Origin: a virus
Lineage: Duplodnaviria > Caudoviricetes
DNA length: 64,000 nt
Virus record (IMG/VR): IMGVR_UViG_3300010167_000010
Location: 160,001-224,000 of that record
Direction: 5' to 3' (one strand)
Position numbers and translations under genes: made by a program. Under the pieces are notes generated by a model. That model was not told where the DNA came from, did not search any database, and saw nothing but the letters and a program-made list of their open reading frames with translations. This document shows, one piece after another, positions 49,725 to 60,007 of the stretch (position 1 is the first letter of the stretch; every line of letters begins with the position of its first letter).

Positions 49725-51085
49725 TGGAAAAAAATATTGGACAAGAAATAGCAATTAAAAGTTATTATCAATCAGTTCGTGATGCTAATATTATTGACAC
49801 TAATCTTTGTTGTAAGTTTGGTATGGAATTTTTCTTATCACAACTTTTATTTAAAGGCGATTTATCTAAAGTAGTTTATTCTAAAGAAGATATTGCTTTT
49901 AGAAGAAGAGTAGAGACTTTAGGAAGAGGTGATATTAAAAATGATACTTATAATTATATAAATCTAGATTTACCTTATGCTTGCTATTCTCAAGAAGGTC
50001 CTTATGAAGAAGATGATAGGGGCTCAACTCAAAATGCTGGTCAAATAGTTTTGGGACAAATACAACCTGATAGTGGGATAATTCTTAAAGCAGCTGCCGT
50101 TAAAACTACATATAATATGACAGCATTTTTTGCTAGAAGAGATGATGTAAATATTGCTAGTCAATTATTATATTGGGAAAAAACACCAAAATTTCCAGTT
50201 TATTTTATAGTACAACACGTATTATGTGGCTATCCTATTGATATTCCAGTTTTTATAACTTTGGAATCCATAGATAGTAATGTAAATTATGCTGAAAAAG
50301 AATGGTTAGAAAAATCTAAAATATTTCCAGTTAAATGTGAATTTACTATTAGGTCTTATCAAACTTTAATAGAAAGTATTGATGATGGAATAAAATTGCC
50401 AATGAGATTTAGCGGCCTTTATGGTTATAATGATCAAAAAATTGTTTATACTCAAAAAACATCTTTAATTTGGGCTGATAGTAAATGGACGCCTAATGAA
50501 TTTAATAAATTTATGTCTAGAAAACCTCAAGTTGATAGTATGGGTAATGTTATTCATTTACCACAAGATTTTGATCCATATTATAAAGAAACATGGGATG
50601 ATAGTGTTGAGAGTACTTTTAGTCTCGAATTAAAAAATAATGGACAATTTTTTGAGAGTCCAATTTTAGTTGAAGAAGATAATGAAATTAATGTTGTAGT
50701 TGCTGATGCTGTAGCTGGTTATTTTCAAGAAGAAAGAGATTGTGTTTTAGATGAATATCATCAATGTGACGATAAAACTACTGAAACTTCATTATTTATA
50801 GAATGGAAAATAAAAGAAGCTGATTTAATTCATTTTGATAATATTTCTCTTTATATTCCAGGTATATTAAGAACTCAAATAAATGATATTCATATAAATA
50901 CATTTGAGCTCACTAACTTATATCCAGGGTCTGAATACGATTGTACTTTAGTTGTAACATCTAAAAATTTTACAAAATTAACTTATAAACTAACTTTAAA
51001 GACTAAAGGTGAACCAGTATTAGGTAAAAAATTAAGTGATAACTTAGTTGGCCGCACTTTTAGTAATCAAGTTTTGGATAACTAA
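49724..51085 (+). CDS. probable tail terminator (gp15-like) with C-terminal FN3 domain
   Basis: LDLPYACY...VKTTYNMTAF; FELTNLYPGSEYDCTL FN3 signature; TAATG coupling. Confidence 0.45.
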   Translation: MEKNIGQEIAIKSYYQSVRDANIIDTNLCCKFGMEFFLSQLLFKGDLSKVVYSKEDIAFRRRVETLGRGDIKNDTYNYINLDLPYACYSQEGPYEEDDRGSTQNAGQIVLGQIQPDSGIILKAAAVKTTYNMTAFFARRDDVNIASQLLYWEKTPKFPVYFIVQHVLCGYPIDIPVFITLESIDSNVNYAEKEWLEKSKIFPVKCEFTIRSYQTLIESIDDGIKLPMRFSGLYGYNDQKIVYTQKTSLIWADSKWTPNEFNKFMSRKPQVDSMGNVIHLPQDFDPYYKETWDDSVESTFSLELKNNGQFFESPILVEEDNEINVVVADAVAGYFQEERDCVLDEYHQCDDKTTETSLFIEWKIKEADLIHFDNISLYIPGILRTQINDIHINTFELTNLYPGSEYDCTLVVTSKNFTKLTYKLTLKTKGEPVLGKKLSDNLVGRTFSNQVLDN

Positions 51086-51091
51086 ATAATT

Positions 51092-51643
51092 ATGGCAGAT
51101 AAAAACGAAGAAGAACAAAAACCTTTTAATCCTCATCCAATAGATGATAATAATCAACCAAAACTCACAGACGAGCAGTTAACCCCAGTAAGAGATGGGG
51201 CCGTACCACAAAATGCAGAAGGAATTGCTTCTGGTCAATTTGATGCTTTAGATCCAGTTGGGAATGCTGAAATAAAATTTAACCAGGGTAATTATCAAAC
51301 TATAATGGGATTACCAAAAGTAGCTGCGGATAAAGTAGCTCAATTAGTTCAAACTTTAGTTCCTCTTTTAGAAATATCTATGATAGAATTATTAGGTGCT
51401 AATAATTTATATCAAAGAGCATTAGGTCAATGTATGCCATCATTCGATAGTCAAGGGAAAATGGGAATAGAGTTTACTTTTCAATATATAGTAGAACAGT
51501 GGATAGGTCAAGATATAGATCAGCAAGCTATTCAACATGATGCTAATTATGTATTAGAAAGAATTAAACCTGTCAAAGCTAATATCACAAAATGTGAAAT
51601 TAATGTCGGAGAAGGAACCCTTATCGTTATGGGCTCGATATAG
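51092..51643 (+). CDS. late hypothetical protein
   Basis: ACTAAATAATT precedes ATG; upstream of capsid gene. Confidence 0.75.
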   Translation: MADKNEEEQKPFNPHPIDDNNQPKLTDEQLTPVRDGAVPQNAEGIASGQFDALDPVGNAEIKFNQGNYQTIMGLPKVAADKVAQLVQTLVPLLEISMIELLGANNLYQRALGQCMPSFDSQGKMGIEFTFQYIVEQWIGQDIDQQAIQHDANYVLERIKPVKANITKCEINVGEGTLIVMGSI

Positions 51644-51678
51644 AAAATAATAAAAGTGTAGTCATTTAAAATAAAATA

Positions 51679-51688
51679 ACTAAATAAT
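51679..51688 (+). promoter_or_regulatory. late promoter for major capsid gene (leadered)
   Basis: ACTAAATAAT about 150 nt upstream of ATG 51837, which has an AGGAG SD. Confidence 0.55.
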
Positions 51689-51836
51689 CATAAAGGTAAG
51701 AAAGAAGTTATACTAATATGCAAATTTTTAAGTTTAATATGCTTATAATGATTTTTAATATGATCGCAATAAAGTTCAAAAACTAATTTCTTCTAAATAA
51801 TTTCGAGAACAAAAACATTTTTATAGGAGAAAAACG

Positions 51837-53798
51837 ATGTCTTTAAAAGAAAGAATTGCACAAAAAGAAACAGACAATAGACTCCGCGAAAGTGCAGCAA
51901 TGCAACTTTACAAGGAAGATAAAAAGTTTCGTGCAGATAGATTAGTTGAAGCATGGTCAAGAATTCCAGAAATTGGAGCAGGCCTCAAGCAAATGCCAAT
52001 TTCTGATGCCAGAAACGTAGCTATCAACTTAGATAGACAAACTGCTTTCATGCAGGGTCTTCGTGAGTCACAACTCGCAACAGCGCTTAATGATTTCACA
52101 CCAGAAAATATGTTAAGACTTGTTAGATTAGCAATGCCTAACATAATTAGAAATAAAGTTTTCACAGAGTTCGCTCTTGAAACAACAAAAGATAGTATTA
52201 AATACATCAGACCATTCTTCAGCAAAACTGCAAGTGGACATCCACAATTAGACAGATCAGCTGATTATGATGGTTTCAATGACAGAGACGCTGCTGGTCA
52301 ACCACAAGATTATGATCCATGGGGATACAGCCTCGGTGGTGAATTTAATGGTGACGATTTTAGAAAAGCTCTTTATGAAGATACAAGAGACAGACATAAC
52401 ATGGAACTTGCAAATGCTATCGTAGTAAATGCCGATGGTCTTACAGGTCCTGCACCAGCTCTTGGTGACGATACAATTGAATATGGTCTTATTTTCAAGA
52501 GAGTTACATCAGCTGATATTTCTGGCATTTCTGACGAAACAGCTTTCCAATCAGGAAAGTGGGGCGTTGACGGTGCATTATTCATGGATGGATATACAAA
52601 CTTATACGGCTTTAATCCTGGCGATAAACCAGAAAGAGCAGAACAACAAGTAATTGCTGTTCAAGATAAGGGAAGCGGACAATTCTTTGCAGCACCTGGA
52701 TTTAAGGTAACAATTCTTAAATCAGCACAAGTAAGAGATAAGTTCTTAGTAGCACCTCCAAAAATTGGTCCAGGTAATAGCGCACATTGGGATGATCCAG
52801 TTGGAACTAGAGATATGACTATCCCTGGAGTTACTCCACCTGTAGCAAGTGCAAATTTAGCACCTGTTCTTGCATCAACTGGTACATTTATTATTAAAAT
52901 TGAAATTGAAGGCCAAACACCATCATGGTTCGAAGCTGGTAAAACTCAATTAAGAGCTTTCGGTAGATTTAATTCAGAAAGCGATTTCGAAGGAAATTAC
53001 TTAGGTGAAGTAGAACTCAGAATGGATGAATATATGTTTAGACCAAGTCCTACAACAATCGGTGTTTCTTGGAGTCAATTAACTGAAATCACATTAGATA
53101 CAAGCTTTAACATCAGTGCAGAAGAATATCTTGTTAGCTATGCTTCACAAGAAATCAGAAGTGCTCTTGACTATCGTGCAATTAGATTAGCATACGCAGT
53201 AGCAAAGACAAATGCAAAACATAATCCTAATTACTACTATGTATTCGATGCTGCATATAACACAACAAATGCTGGCGAAGGAGTACCTCCAACAAATCCA
53301 GTAACTAATGGAACAAAAGATGGTTATAGAGACAATGCTCAAACATTCGTTAATGCTATTGATGCTATCGGCGATATTATCTACGATGAACTCAATAGAG
53401 GAGGCGTAAGCAGACTCGTAGCTGGTCCATCAGCTTGTTCATACATGCACTTAAATGCAGGTTATAGTCCAAAAGGTAAACAAAATCAAACTGGTTCACA
53501 CCAATTTGGTGAACTCGACGGAATTCCACTTTTCAAAGTACCAAGTAATATTATTCCAACAAATGAATTACTTTGTGTATGGAAAAACGACCAAGTAGAA
53601 AATGACGTAAGTATCGCTTTCGGTACTCTCATACCATTCTTCTCAACAGGTATTATCCAAAGAAAGAACTTCTACAAAGAAGCAGGAATTGCAACTTATG
53701 GTGACTGGGCAGTCCTTAACAGAAGATATCTTGCTATTATTGCAATTGATAATCTTAAGGATCACAATCAAAGAGCAGGTAATAGAGCTCGTCCATAA
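51837..53798 (+). CDS. major capsid protein (T4 gp23-like)
   Basis: LRLVRLAMPNII, WSQLTEITL...AEEYLVSYASQEIRSALDYRAI, FGELDG, GIATYG; high-expression codon bias; LRE-S candidate maturation sites. Confidence 0.9.
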   Translation: MSLKERIAQKETDNRLRESAAMQLYKEDKKFRADRLVEAWSRIPEIGAGLKQMPISDARNVAINLDRQTAFMQGLRESQLATALNDFTPENMLRLVRLAMPNIIRNKVFTEFALETTKDSIKYIRPFFSKTASGHPQLDRSADYDGFNDRDAAGQPQDYDPWGYSLGGEFNGDDFRKALYEDTRDRHNMELANAIVVNADGLTGPAPALGDDTIEYGLIFKRVTSADISGISDETAFQSGKWGVDGALFMDGYTNLYGFNPGDKPERAEQQVIAVQDKGSGQFFAAPGFKVTILKSAQVRDKFLVAPPKIGPGNSAHWDDPVGTRDMTIPGVTPPVASANLAPVLASTGTFIIKIEIEGQTPSWFEAGKTQLRAFGRFNSESDFEGNYLGEVELRMDEYMFRPSPTTIGVSWSQLTEITLDTSFNISAEEYLVSYASQEIRSALDYRAIRLAYAVAKTNAKHNPNYYYVFDAAYNTTNAGEGVPPTNPVTNGTKDGYRDNAQTFVNAIDAIGDIIYDELNRGGVSRLVAGPSACSYMHLNAGYSPKGKQNQTGSHQFGELDGIPLFKVPSNIIPTNELLCVWKNDQVENDVSIAFGTLIPFFSTGIIQRKNFYKEAGIATYGDWAVLNRRYLAIIAIDNLKDHNQRAGNRARP

Positions 53799-53813
53799 TC
53801 TTAGATTAAATAT

Positions 53814-53842
53814 AATCCCGCCATTCGGCGGGATTTTTTTTT
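53814..53842 (+). terminator. intrinsic terminator after capsid gene
   Basis: AATCCCGCC-ATTC-GGCGGGATT then T-run. Confidence 0.9.
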
Positions 53843-53858
53843 GTTAATATAAATAATA

Positions 53859-54056
53859 ATGATAAACTCTTTAGAATCAGTACGAGAAGAATTAGAAGAT
53901 GTTTTCGATTTTGAAAGCATTTGGAAAAGAAATGAAGCAACTGATAATAATATTGCAGAACTTCAATCTATATTAGATAATATAAGTAAAGAATTATATT
54001 TTATAAAAGATGAAATACAAAAATTAAAAAAAGAACAAAATTTTTTATTGGATTAA
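53859..54056 (+). CDS. small coiled-coil protein
   Basis: GTTAATAT motif 16 nt upstream; C-terminus resembles next ORF (LKKEQNFLLD vs LKKNSNLLFD). Confidence 0.65.
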   Translation: MINSLESVREELEDVFDFESIWKRNEATDNNIAELQSILDNISKELYFIKDEIQKLKKEQNFLLD

Positions 54057-54060
54057 AATT

Positions 54061-54306
54061 ATGGGAACATATAATATAGCTGAAGGTGGAATCGGTAAAA
54101 TTGTTGGTGTTCAAGGAATGTCAGGACCGGGCCCAATTTCTATTGATACAGGTATGGGTACATCAAGTTATTTTGATGATATAATACATAAAATAACAAA
54201 CTTTGAAGAACAACTTCAAGAAATGGCTGAACTTAAACATAGAATATCTAGATTAGAAAAAGAACTTTTACTTTTAAAGAAAAATAGTAATTTATTATTC
54301 GATTGA
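54061..54306 (+). CDS. small coiled-coil protein
   Basis: 81-aa ORF. Confidence 0.65.
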   Translation: MGTYNIAEGGIGKIVGVQGMSGPGPISIDTGMGTSSYFDDIIHKITNFEEQLQEMAELKHRISRLEKELLLLKKNSNLLFD

Positions 54307-54822
54307 TTCATTATAAATATCTTCAAAAGATTCAGCATAACGTATTTTCTTTTGAATCCATTTAATGTCAGGAATTATTTTAATTTGTTCTGATTTACTT
54401 TGTATTTTTAAATTTAAAAAATTTATAATTTCATTTATTTCAAAAATCATTTTATCTATAGTTTCTTTTACATTATCTAAAGTTTTTCCTGGAATTTTTT
54501 TATTCCAATATTCTTGAGTTATTCGTCTAGCTGCATGAGCTGAAGTTTTATGAGTATCTTCTGAAATTAATCTAAAAAATTTTAAATATCTATTCTGAAT
54601 AAATCTGGTAGCAAATATATCTTTAATAAAATGATGAGCTATTCTTAATATCTTTTTTAAATTTTTAAGTAGTGGTAATGATTCAAAATCTCTAATGATT
54701 ACAGAAGCTTTATTTCCATTTATTTCTATTTCTTCTTGAATTTTATTTTGTTCAAATTCTTTTATAAGACTATCGAAAGAATTTATTGTGTCATCTAGTC
54801 TATTTATAATATTAGGTCTCAT
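54295..54822 (-). CDS. putative internal head protein
   Basis: Last gene of the 59028-54295 operon; targeting-like ESFEDIYNES at C-terminus. Confidence 0.6.
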   Translation of the reverse strand: MRPNIINRLDDTINSFDSLIKEFEQNKIQEEIEINGNKASVIIRDFESLPLLKNLKKILRIAHHFIKDIFATRFIQNRYLKFFRLISEDTHKTSAHAARRITQEYWNKKIPGKTLDNVKETIDKMIFEINEIINFLNLKIQSKSEQIKIIPDIKWIQKKIRYAESFEDIYNESIE

Positions 54823-55363
54823 TTAAGTTATCCTTAAGATTTTTTCTTGTCACTGTATAAAGAGTTGTAGAATCTGGTCCTTTTTCTATTTTTCCGCCCC
54901 ATTTACTGACTAATTTATTATAAGCTTCTTTAATTGGATTTTCATATAATACTGACCATTCTAATTTACCGTTTTGTTTAATTTTTAATTTCATTAAGTT
55001 TATAATATCTTTTATAAATGTTATATTATTTTGTTGAAATGCAACTGTATATATATCTCCTCGTGTTTTAAGAAGAGAATTACCTGATTTAAATCTTATA
55101 TGACCAATTGGTATTTCACCATCATTTGATAATATTAAATAACATTCATTATTCCCAAATAAAGAATCTTCTACTAATTCTAAAGCATTATTATAATTTC
55201 TTTTTGGATCAAATAATTTCCAATTAGATTTTCTTTTTATTTTAAATAATTTTTCATTTAATTCATCAGAAATTTTTTCTTGGCCAATCATTAAAACTTC
55301 ATTTTCTTTTTTTATAGAAAGAGATTTTTCATTTAAAAGATATATTTCATTAAATGTTTTCAC
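54812..55363 (-). CDS. putative internal head protein, possibly GNAT-like fold
   Basis: MKTFNEIYLLNE; PIGHI...WSVLYENPIKEAYNKL. Confidence 0.55.
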   Translation of the reverse strand: MKTFNEIYLLNEKSLSIKKENEVLMIGQEKISDELNEKLFKIKRKSNWKLFDPKRNYNNALELVEDSLFGNNECYLILSNDGEIPIGHIRFKSGNSLLKTRGDIYTVAFQQNNITFIKDIINLMKLKIKQNGKLEWSVLYENPIKEAYNKLVSKWGGKIEKGPDSTTLYTVTRKNLKDNLNET

Positions 55364-55759
55364 TTAATCGTCTCCAAGTAAATATTTATAACCGTTTTCT
55401 ATATCTTCTTTTTCTAAACTAATATAAGCTTTAGTTAAAATGTCTACAGTATCACTTAAAGAATAACCAGAATGGGCCATGCGTCTTAACATTGGTATAT
55501 AATTTACTGTTCTAAAAGAATCTGGACTAAATCTTGGAACTAATGGAGAATCTGTATATCCGGTACCTGTTGGCAATCTTCTAGTATCATTTGGATTTTC
55601 TGCTTCTCTAACATAATTAACCCAATCAGCTAAATGAGATTCTTTCCATTTCATAAAAGGAGTATCTTTCCAATGTTTTTCTTTTCCCCAAGTTGATAAA
55701 CCCTTTAATAAAGTTTTTCGTGGATCTTTACTTTCATATATTTGTTTAAATGTTTTCAT
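55364..55759 (-). CDS. putative internal head protein
   Basis: MKTFKQIYES; ATGA coupling. Confidence 0.65.
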   Translation of the reverse strand: MKTFKQIYESKDPRKTLLKGLSTWGKEKHWKDTPFMKWKESHLADWVNYVREAENPNDTRRLPTGTGYTDSPLVPRFSPDSFRTVNYIPMLRRMAHSGYSLSDTVDILTKAYISLEKEDIENGYKYLLGDD

Positions 55760-56475
55760 TTATTTACCCTTTGTATTTTTTCAACATCAATTATTTTAAC
55801 ATCTTCAGCATTAAAAATACCAAGATTCTCATCACCACCTTCTCGTAATACTACACCATCGTATCCTAATTTTTTAACTATTTTTAATACGTCTGGTTTT
55901 TCTATATCTAAATAAGTATTACCAAATTCTTTAAGAGCCCAAGCTCTTCCTCTTGATAATTTCTTTTTAGTTTTTTCATACTCTTTTTTCCAAAATAAAT
56001 ATTGACGTTCAGCATCCCAATGTTTATTTTTTTTCATTTTTTCTTCCCAATTATTCATTATTTTTAAGTAATTTTCTTGTAAATAATTTTCACACCACTT
56101 TTCATAATCTTCATCATTTCTTAAAAAATTATAACCTTCTAAAGATTTAGGAATTTTAATACCAGATGATAATAAATTATCCCAGTCATCTATATCTAAT
56201 AAATCGAATAAATTTAAATTTCTAGTTAACTTTACTTTATAAACATATTTTCCATTTTTTCTTTTTCCATAATATTCAGCAAATTTTTTATTAGTTGCTA
56301 AAAATATCATTTTAATTTGTTTGTCTGCGTCTTTATCAGCAGCTTTTATTTGTGAACTAGGTGAATAAAAATTATCTTTAATATAATCACCCCTAGCTTC
56401 AAGTGTTTTAAATTTTGTATCTGAACCATGATAATATGTTTTACTTGATTTAAACACTCGTTCAAATAATTTCAT
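55756..56475 (-). CDS. ADP-ribosyltransferase-like putative internal head protein
   Basis: MKLFERVFKS; YYHGS, IFLATNKKFAEYY, LNLFD, LGYDGVV. Confidence 0.6.
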   Translation of the reverse strand: MKLFERVFKSSKTYYHGSDTKFKTLEARGDYIKDNFYSPSSQIKAADKDADKQIKMIFLATNKKFAEYYGKRKNGKYVYKVKLTRNLNLFDLLDIDDWDNLLSSGIKIPKSLEGYNFLRNDEDYEKWCENYLQENYLKIMNNWEEKMKKNKHWDAERQYLFWKKEYEKTKKKLSRGRAWALKEFGNTYLDIEKPDVLKIVKKLGYDGVVLREGGDENLGIFNAEDVKIIDVEKIQRVNK

Positions 56476-56909
56476 CTTTCTCTACCAATTTCTTCTATTT
56501 CTTCATCAGTTATTCTATTACTTTGTCGATCTTCATAAGAATCCATTGCCCAAGAACCAAAATCATACTTATCACATGGATCACCATAATTTTGTTTGTG
56601 AAAATCATTTAAATATTTTTTGAATTTTTCTCTAACTTGATCTAAAGATAATTTATCTTCTTTGCTTTGTAAAAAGTTTTTAAGAAGTCTTCTCATACCT
56701 CTAACAAAATGTGAAAAACGAGTATTTATTTTATCTTCTCTTTTAAATCTGGCTGGTTCGTCTCCTATGAAATTTCGTGGAGGATGATATCCAGGTTCTC
56801 CTTTTTTTCGATAACATTCATAACCTAAGAAATTTAAATGCGAAGTATAAATATCTTCTAATTTATATTTATTTTTTGCTTCTTTTAATATTTCATTAAA
56901 TGTTTTCAT
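56472..56909 (-). CDS. putative internal head protein
   Basis: MKTFNEILKE from ATG 56909 (ATGA coupling). Confidence 0.65.
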   Translation of the reverse strand: MKTFNEILKEAKNKYKLEDIYTSHLNFLGYECYRKKGEPGYHPPRNFIGDEPARFKREDKINTRFSHFVRGMRRLLKNFLQSKEDKLSLDQVREKFKKYLNDFHKQNYGDPCDKYDFGSWAMDSYEDRQSNRITDEEIEEIGRER

Positions 56910-57109
56910 AATTTTGCCCAAAACTCCTTTAATTCACCGTATATTTCACCTAATCTATTCCATTCATCTAAATGGTCTTCTTCTAAATTTTTAATTTCTT
57001 GTGCAGCTGATCCAATATATTCTAATGCATCCCCTAATAATGATCGAGCTCTTGGTAATCCAGATTGATAATCAGCTATTGATTCAAATATTTGTTCAAA
57101 TGTTTTCAT
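56906..57109 (-). CDS. small putative internal head protein
   Basis: MKTFEQIFES; ATGA coupling. Confidence 0.65.
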   Translation of the reverse strand: MKTFEQIFESIADYQSGLPRARSLLGDALEYIGSAAQEIKNLEEDHLDEWNRLGEIYGELKEFWAKL

Positions 57110-59028
57110 GTAACTCTTCCTATTTTTGGTTGTTTTATTTCTCTTTTAAATATTGGTATATGTCTATGCCATTGTCGTCTAGATTTTTTATTATATGGAT
57201 TGCATAAATCAGCATAGGTGTATAAAGTATCTTTACTTTTAATTGGCTCATCCGGCATCATATCATAAAATGAATCATATTTTTCTCTATCTCTAATTTC
57301 TCTATTTCTAGTAGCGTCCCAATCTATCTCATCATCTTCATCCCAATAATATTCATTATCTTCAAATGTTTCGTGATGTTTAAATTGATTTATTGGTTTT
57401 TCAGATTCTTTTATTTTTTTCATTCTAATATAATCATTAATTTTTCCATCATCAAGACAATCTTGACATTGAGGTTCTCCTGATTCTAAATAATCATCAT
57501 TTTTTATTTCTTCATAAGTAATTCGTTTTCCGCATGTCCAACACCAAGTTCCACCATCTTTAATCCAATCTTCAGAAGATTCTTTTATCCCCTTACTCAT
57601 TTTTAATATTTTTTCAAAATCATCTTCATCATATCCTAATTCTATACAAAGTTGTTTTGCTTCATCTAAAGAAATATCACCTTTTCTAATTTGTTGTGCT
57701 AAACATTTATCCCAATAAGGTAAATTTTCTTTTAAATTTTTCTTTTCATCACATCTTTTTGCCCAACATACATCGCAATATCCATCGCGAACTTCATTTC
57801 CAGGTTTTTCTCCATCTTTTAATCCGCAAACTTTACAAATATTTTTCTCTAAAGAACTTATATAAGGTTTTTCGCATCCAAAAGTTGGGTAACTAGATGC
57901 TGTAATAGGTGGATTCCAATGTTCATTTAATCTATTTTTTACAATATCTACAAAAGCCATAATGCATTCAGTAAGATTACCTTTCTTCTCTTCATAAATA
58001 TATTCAGCTTCTTGAGGGTCAATTTCATATTCTACAACTAGATAATCTAATAATTCATCATTTGGTCCGTTATAATTATCAATAGTTTTTTCAAAATCAT
58101 CTTCAACTTCATCTGGTTCTATACATTCGCGTGGTTCAATATCTGTTTCATCTAAAAATTTTTCCATCGCACAAACAGCAAATTCTTCAGCATCTTCATC
58201 AGATAATTCATAATTGCTTTTTAAAGTTTCAGCAATGTTGTCTACATCATCATGTATAAAGCCCAATGCCCTATTTATAATTTCATCTTTTAGAGTTGGA
58301 TCTATATCTAAATAATTTTCATCTTCATAATTTTCCATTTCATATTCTATATCATTTATTTCAGCATTGTCACCTAGAGATCTTAATTCATCAAATGTAA
58401 CAATACGAGGATCTTGAACTTTTCTTCCCAATTCTCTTAATTCATCTTCCATAAAAAGTCGTTCAGTTAATTTATTTTCTCGTAAATATGGCTGTAAAAT
58501 CGGATGAAGTTCTAATAAAGAATTTTTTATTTTTTCTTCTAATATTTTATCTTTTACATCTTCAAATTCTTCTCTAGCTTCTGCAGCTTTAGCTTGATCT
58601 CCAATATTATCTGATTGATTTATTGCATTTGCAGCTGCAATCTGATCTGTTGCTTGTTGTTCAGCTTGATCTTCCTTTGGAGTTTCTAATCCAGCTTTTT
58701 CTGCCATGTCCATTGCTGAATTAGTGAAATCTTTTAAAGTTTTTGAGTCTACTTTTGATGGATCTATTTTTTTATCTTTTAATGCATTATTTACTAAATC
58801 ACTAAAATTATCAATATCAGGAAGTAGACTTTCTTCTTCATATAAGAGTACTCCAGTTCTTTTAACACTTTCTAAATCTGATAATTTTTTCCAAGATTTA
58901 TTTTCATTTAAAACTACTTTAGTGCCATCTGAACGAATTATTATCTTACCTTCCCAAATTTTGTTAGAATTTTTTATAAAAGCAGAGACTTCTTGACCCT
59001 CTGGAAACATTTTATTGTAATCTTTCAT
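57106..59028 (-). CDS. acidic prohead core-like polyprotein with many (L/I)xE sites and CxxC pairs
   Basis: Late motif abuts ATG; LRE, LTE, LNE, LKE, IKE repeats; CKVC/CDVC and CWTC/CQDC. Confidence 0.55.
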   Translation of the reverse strand: MKDYNKMFPEGQEVSAFIKNSNKIWEGKIIIRSDGTKVVLNENKSWKKLSDLESVKRTGVLLYEEESLLPDIDNFSDLVNNALKDKKIDPSKVDSKTLKDFTNSAMDMAEKAGLETPKEDQAEQQATDQIAAANAINQSDNIGDQAKAAEAREEFEDVKDKILEEKIKNSLLELHPILQPYLRENKLTERLFMEDELRELGRKVQDPRIVTFDELRSLGDNAEINDIEYEMENYEDENYLDIDPTLKDEIINRALGFIHDDVDNIAETLKSNYELSDEDAEEFAVCAMEKFLDETDIEPRECIEPDEVEDDFEKTIDNYNGPNDELLDYLVVEYEIDPQEAEYIYEEKKGNLTECIMAFVDIVKNRLNEHWNPPITASSYPTFGCEKPYISSLEKNICKVCGLKDGEKPGNEVRDGYCDVCWAKRCDEKKNLKENLPYWDKCLAQQIRKGDISLDEAKQLCIELGYDEDDFEKILKMSKGIKESSEDWIKDGGTWCWTCGKRITYEEIKNDDYLESGEPQCQDCLDDGKINDYIRMKKIKESEKPINQFKHHETFEDNEYYWDEDDEIDWDATRNREIRDREKYDSFYDMMPDEPIKSKDTLYTYADLCNPYNKKSRRQWHRHIPIFKREIKQPKIGRVT

Positions 59029-59064
59029 AATAATTAGTTTACAATATGAGAAATACTAATTATT
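59029..59064. promoter_or_regulatory. back-to-back late promoters
   Basis: ACTAATTATT-ATG on both strands (59029-59038 -, 59055-59064 +). Confidence 0.75.
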
Positions 59065-59364
59065 ATGAAGAAAGAATTAAACTTAAAAACTAAATATAAA
59101 ACAAATAACGGTGAACTTACAGGAGAACAAATTTTACAAGAAGTTTGTGGTCCTTCTTGGGCAGGAAGGGAAGTAAAGAATGGTGATAAAGTTAAACTTC
59201 TTCCTTCACGACTTTTTATAGATGATGAAGGCTATACTTTACGACAATCTATAAGTACTGGTCAATGGTGGTGGGTAAAAGCTAAAAGAGATTTTGGCTA
59301 TCAAGTTAATTATAATCAGAATAATAAATACGCTCACAACAAATGGTATCGTAATTATCATTAA
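59065..59364 (+). CDS. late hypothetical protein
   Basis: 99 aa behind late motif. Confidence 0.7.
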   Translation: MKKELNLKTKYKTNNGELTGEQILQEVCGPSWAGREVKNGDKVKLLPSRLFIDDEGYTLRQSISTGQWWWVKAKRDFGYQVNYNQNNKYAHNKWYRNYH

Positions 59365-59974
59365 AAATAGACCAACTTAGCATCATAGCATGTGGTTTAA
59401 AATTATCAGGATAATCTAAATAAAAAATAACATAATCAGCCTTAGAATTTTTTATAAAGTCTATAGTATGTCTAATTGGCAGATAAGTAAATTTATGTAA
59501 TTTATCAAAATCTTCTTTTTCTATTTTATAATAAATTCGATCTAAATTAGAATTTTTAGTTCTATAAATTATACTTAATTCTATATCATTAAAATATATT
59601 ATATCTTTTAAAAAATAAATATGTTCAATTTTTTTATCTATTAAATTAAAAGAAGCATACGGAATATGATTTTTATAACAAGTAAAACTATTGACTTTAT
59701 CTTTTATATTTGGCATAAATTTTTTAAATGACCAATCTTTATCAATAGAGGGATATATCTCTAATAAATTACCATTCTTATCTACTTTTATATGTGGATT
59801 ATACTGTTCTCCAATTTTCTTTATTTGTAAGTATAAATTATCTTTTTCTTCAATTTTATCTAAGATAGAGTATTGAATATCTATTGATGATGTAAGTTGA
59901 TTATCATTCATACAAACTTTAAAATCTGGGATATGTTCTTGTAATTGTTTATTTACGTAACTAATATCTATCAC
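59306..59974 (-). CDS. hypothetical protein
   Basis: 222 aa, GTG start 14 nt after GTTAATAT motif. Confidence 0.7.
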   Translation of the reverse strand: MIDISYVNKQLQEHIPDFKVCMNDNQLTSSIDIQYSILDKIEEKDNLYLQIKKIGEQYNPHIKVDKNGNLLEIYPSIDKDWSFKKFMPNIKDKVNSFTCYKNHIPYASFNLIDKKIEHIYFLKDIIYFNDIELSIIYRTKNSNLDRIYYKIEKEDFDKLHKFTYLPIRHTIDFIKNSKADYVIFYLDYPDNFKPHAMMLSWSIFNDNYDTICCERIYYSDYN

Positions 59975-60007
59975 ATAAATATATTAACTTTTATGTATAA
60001 TATCATC

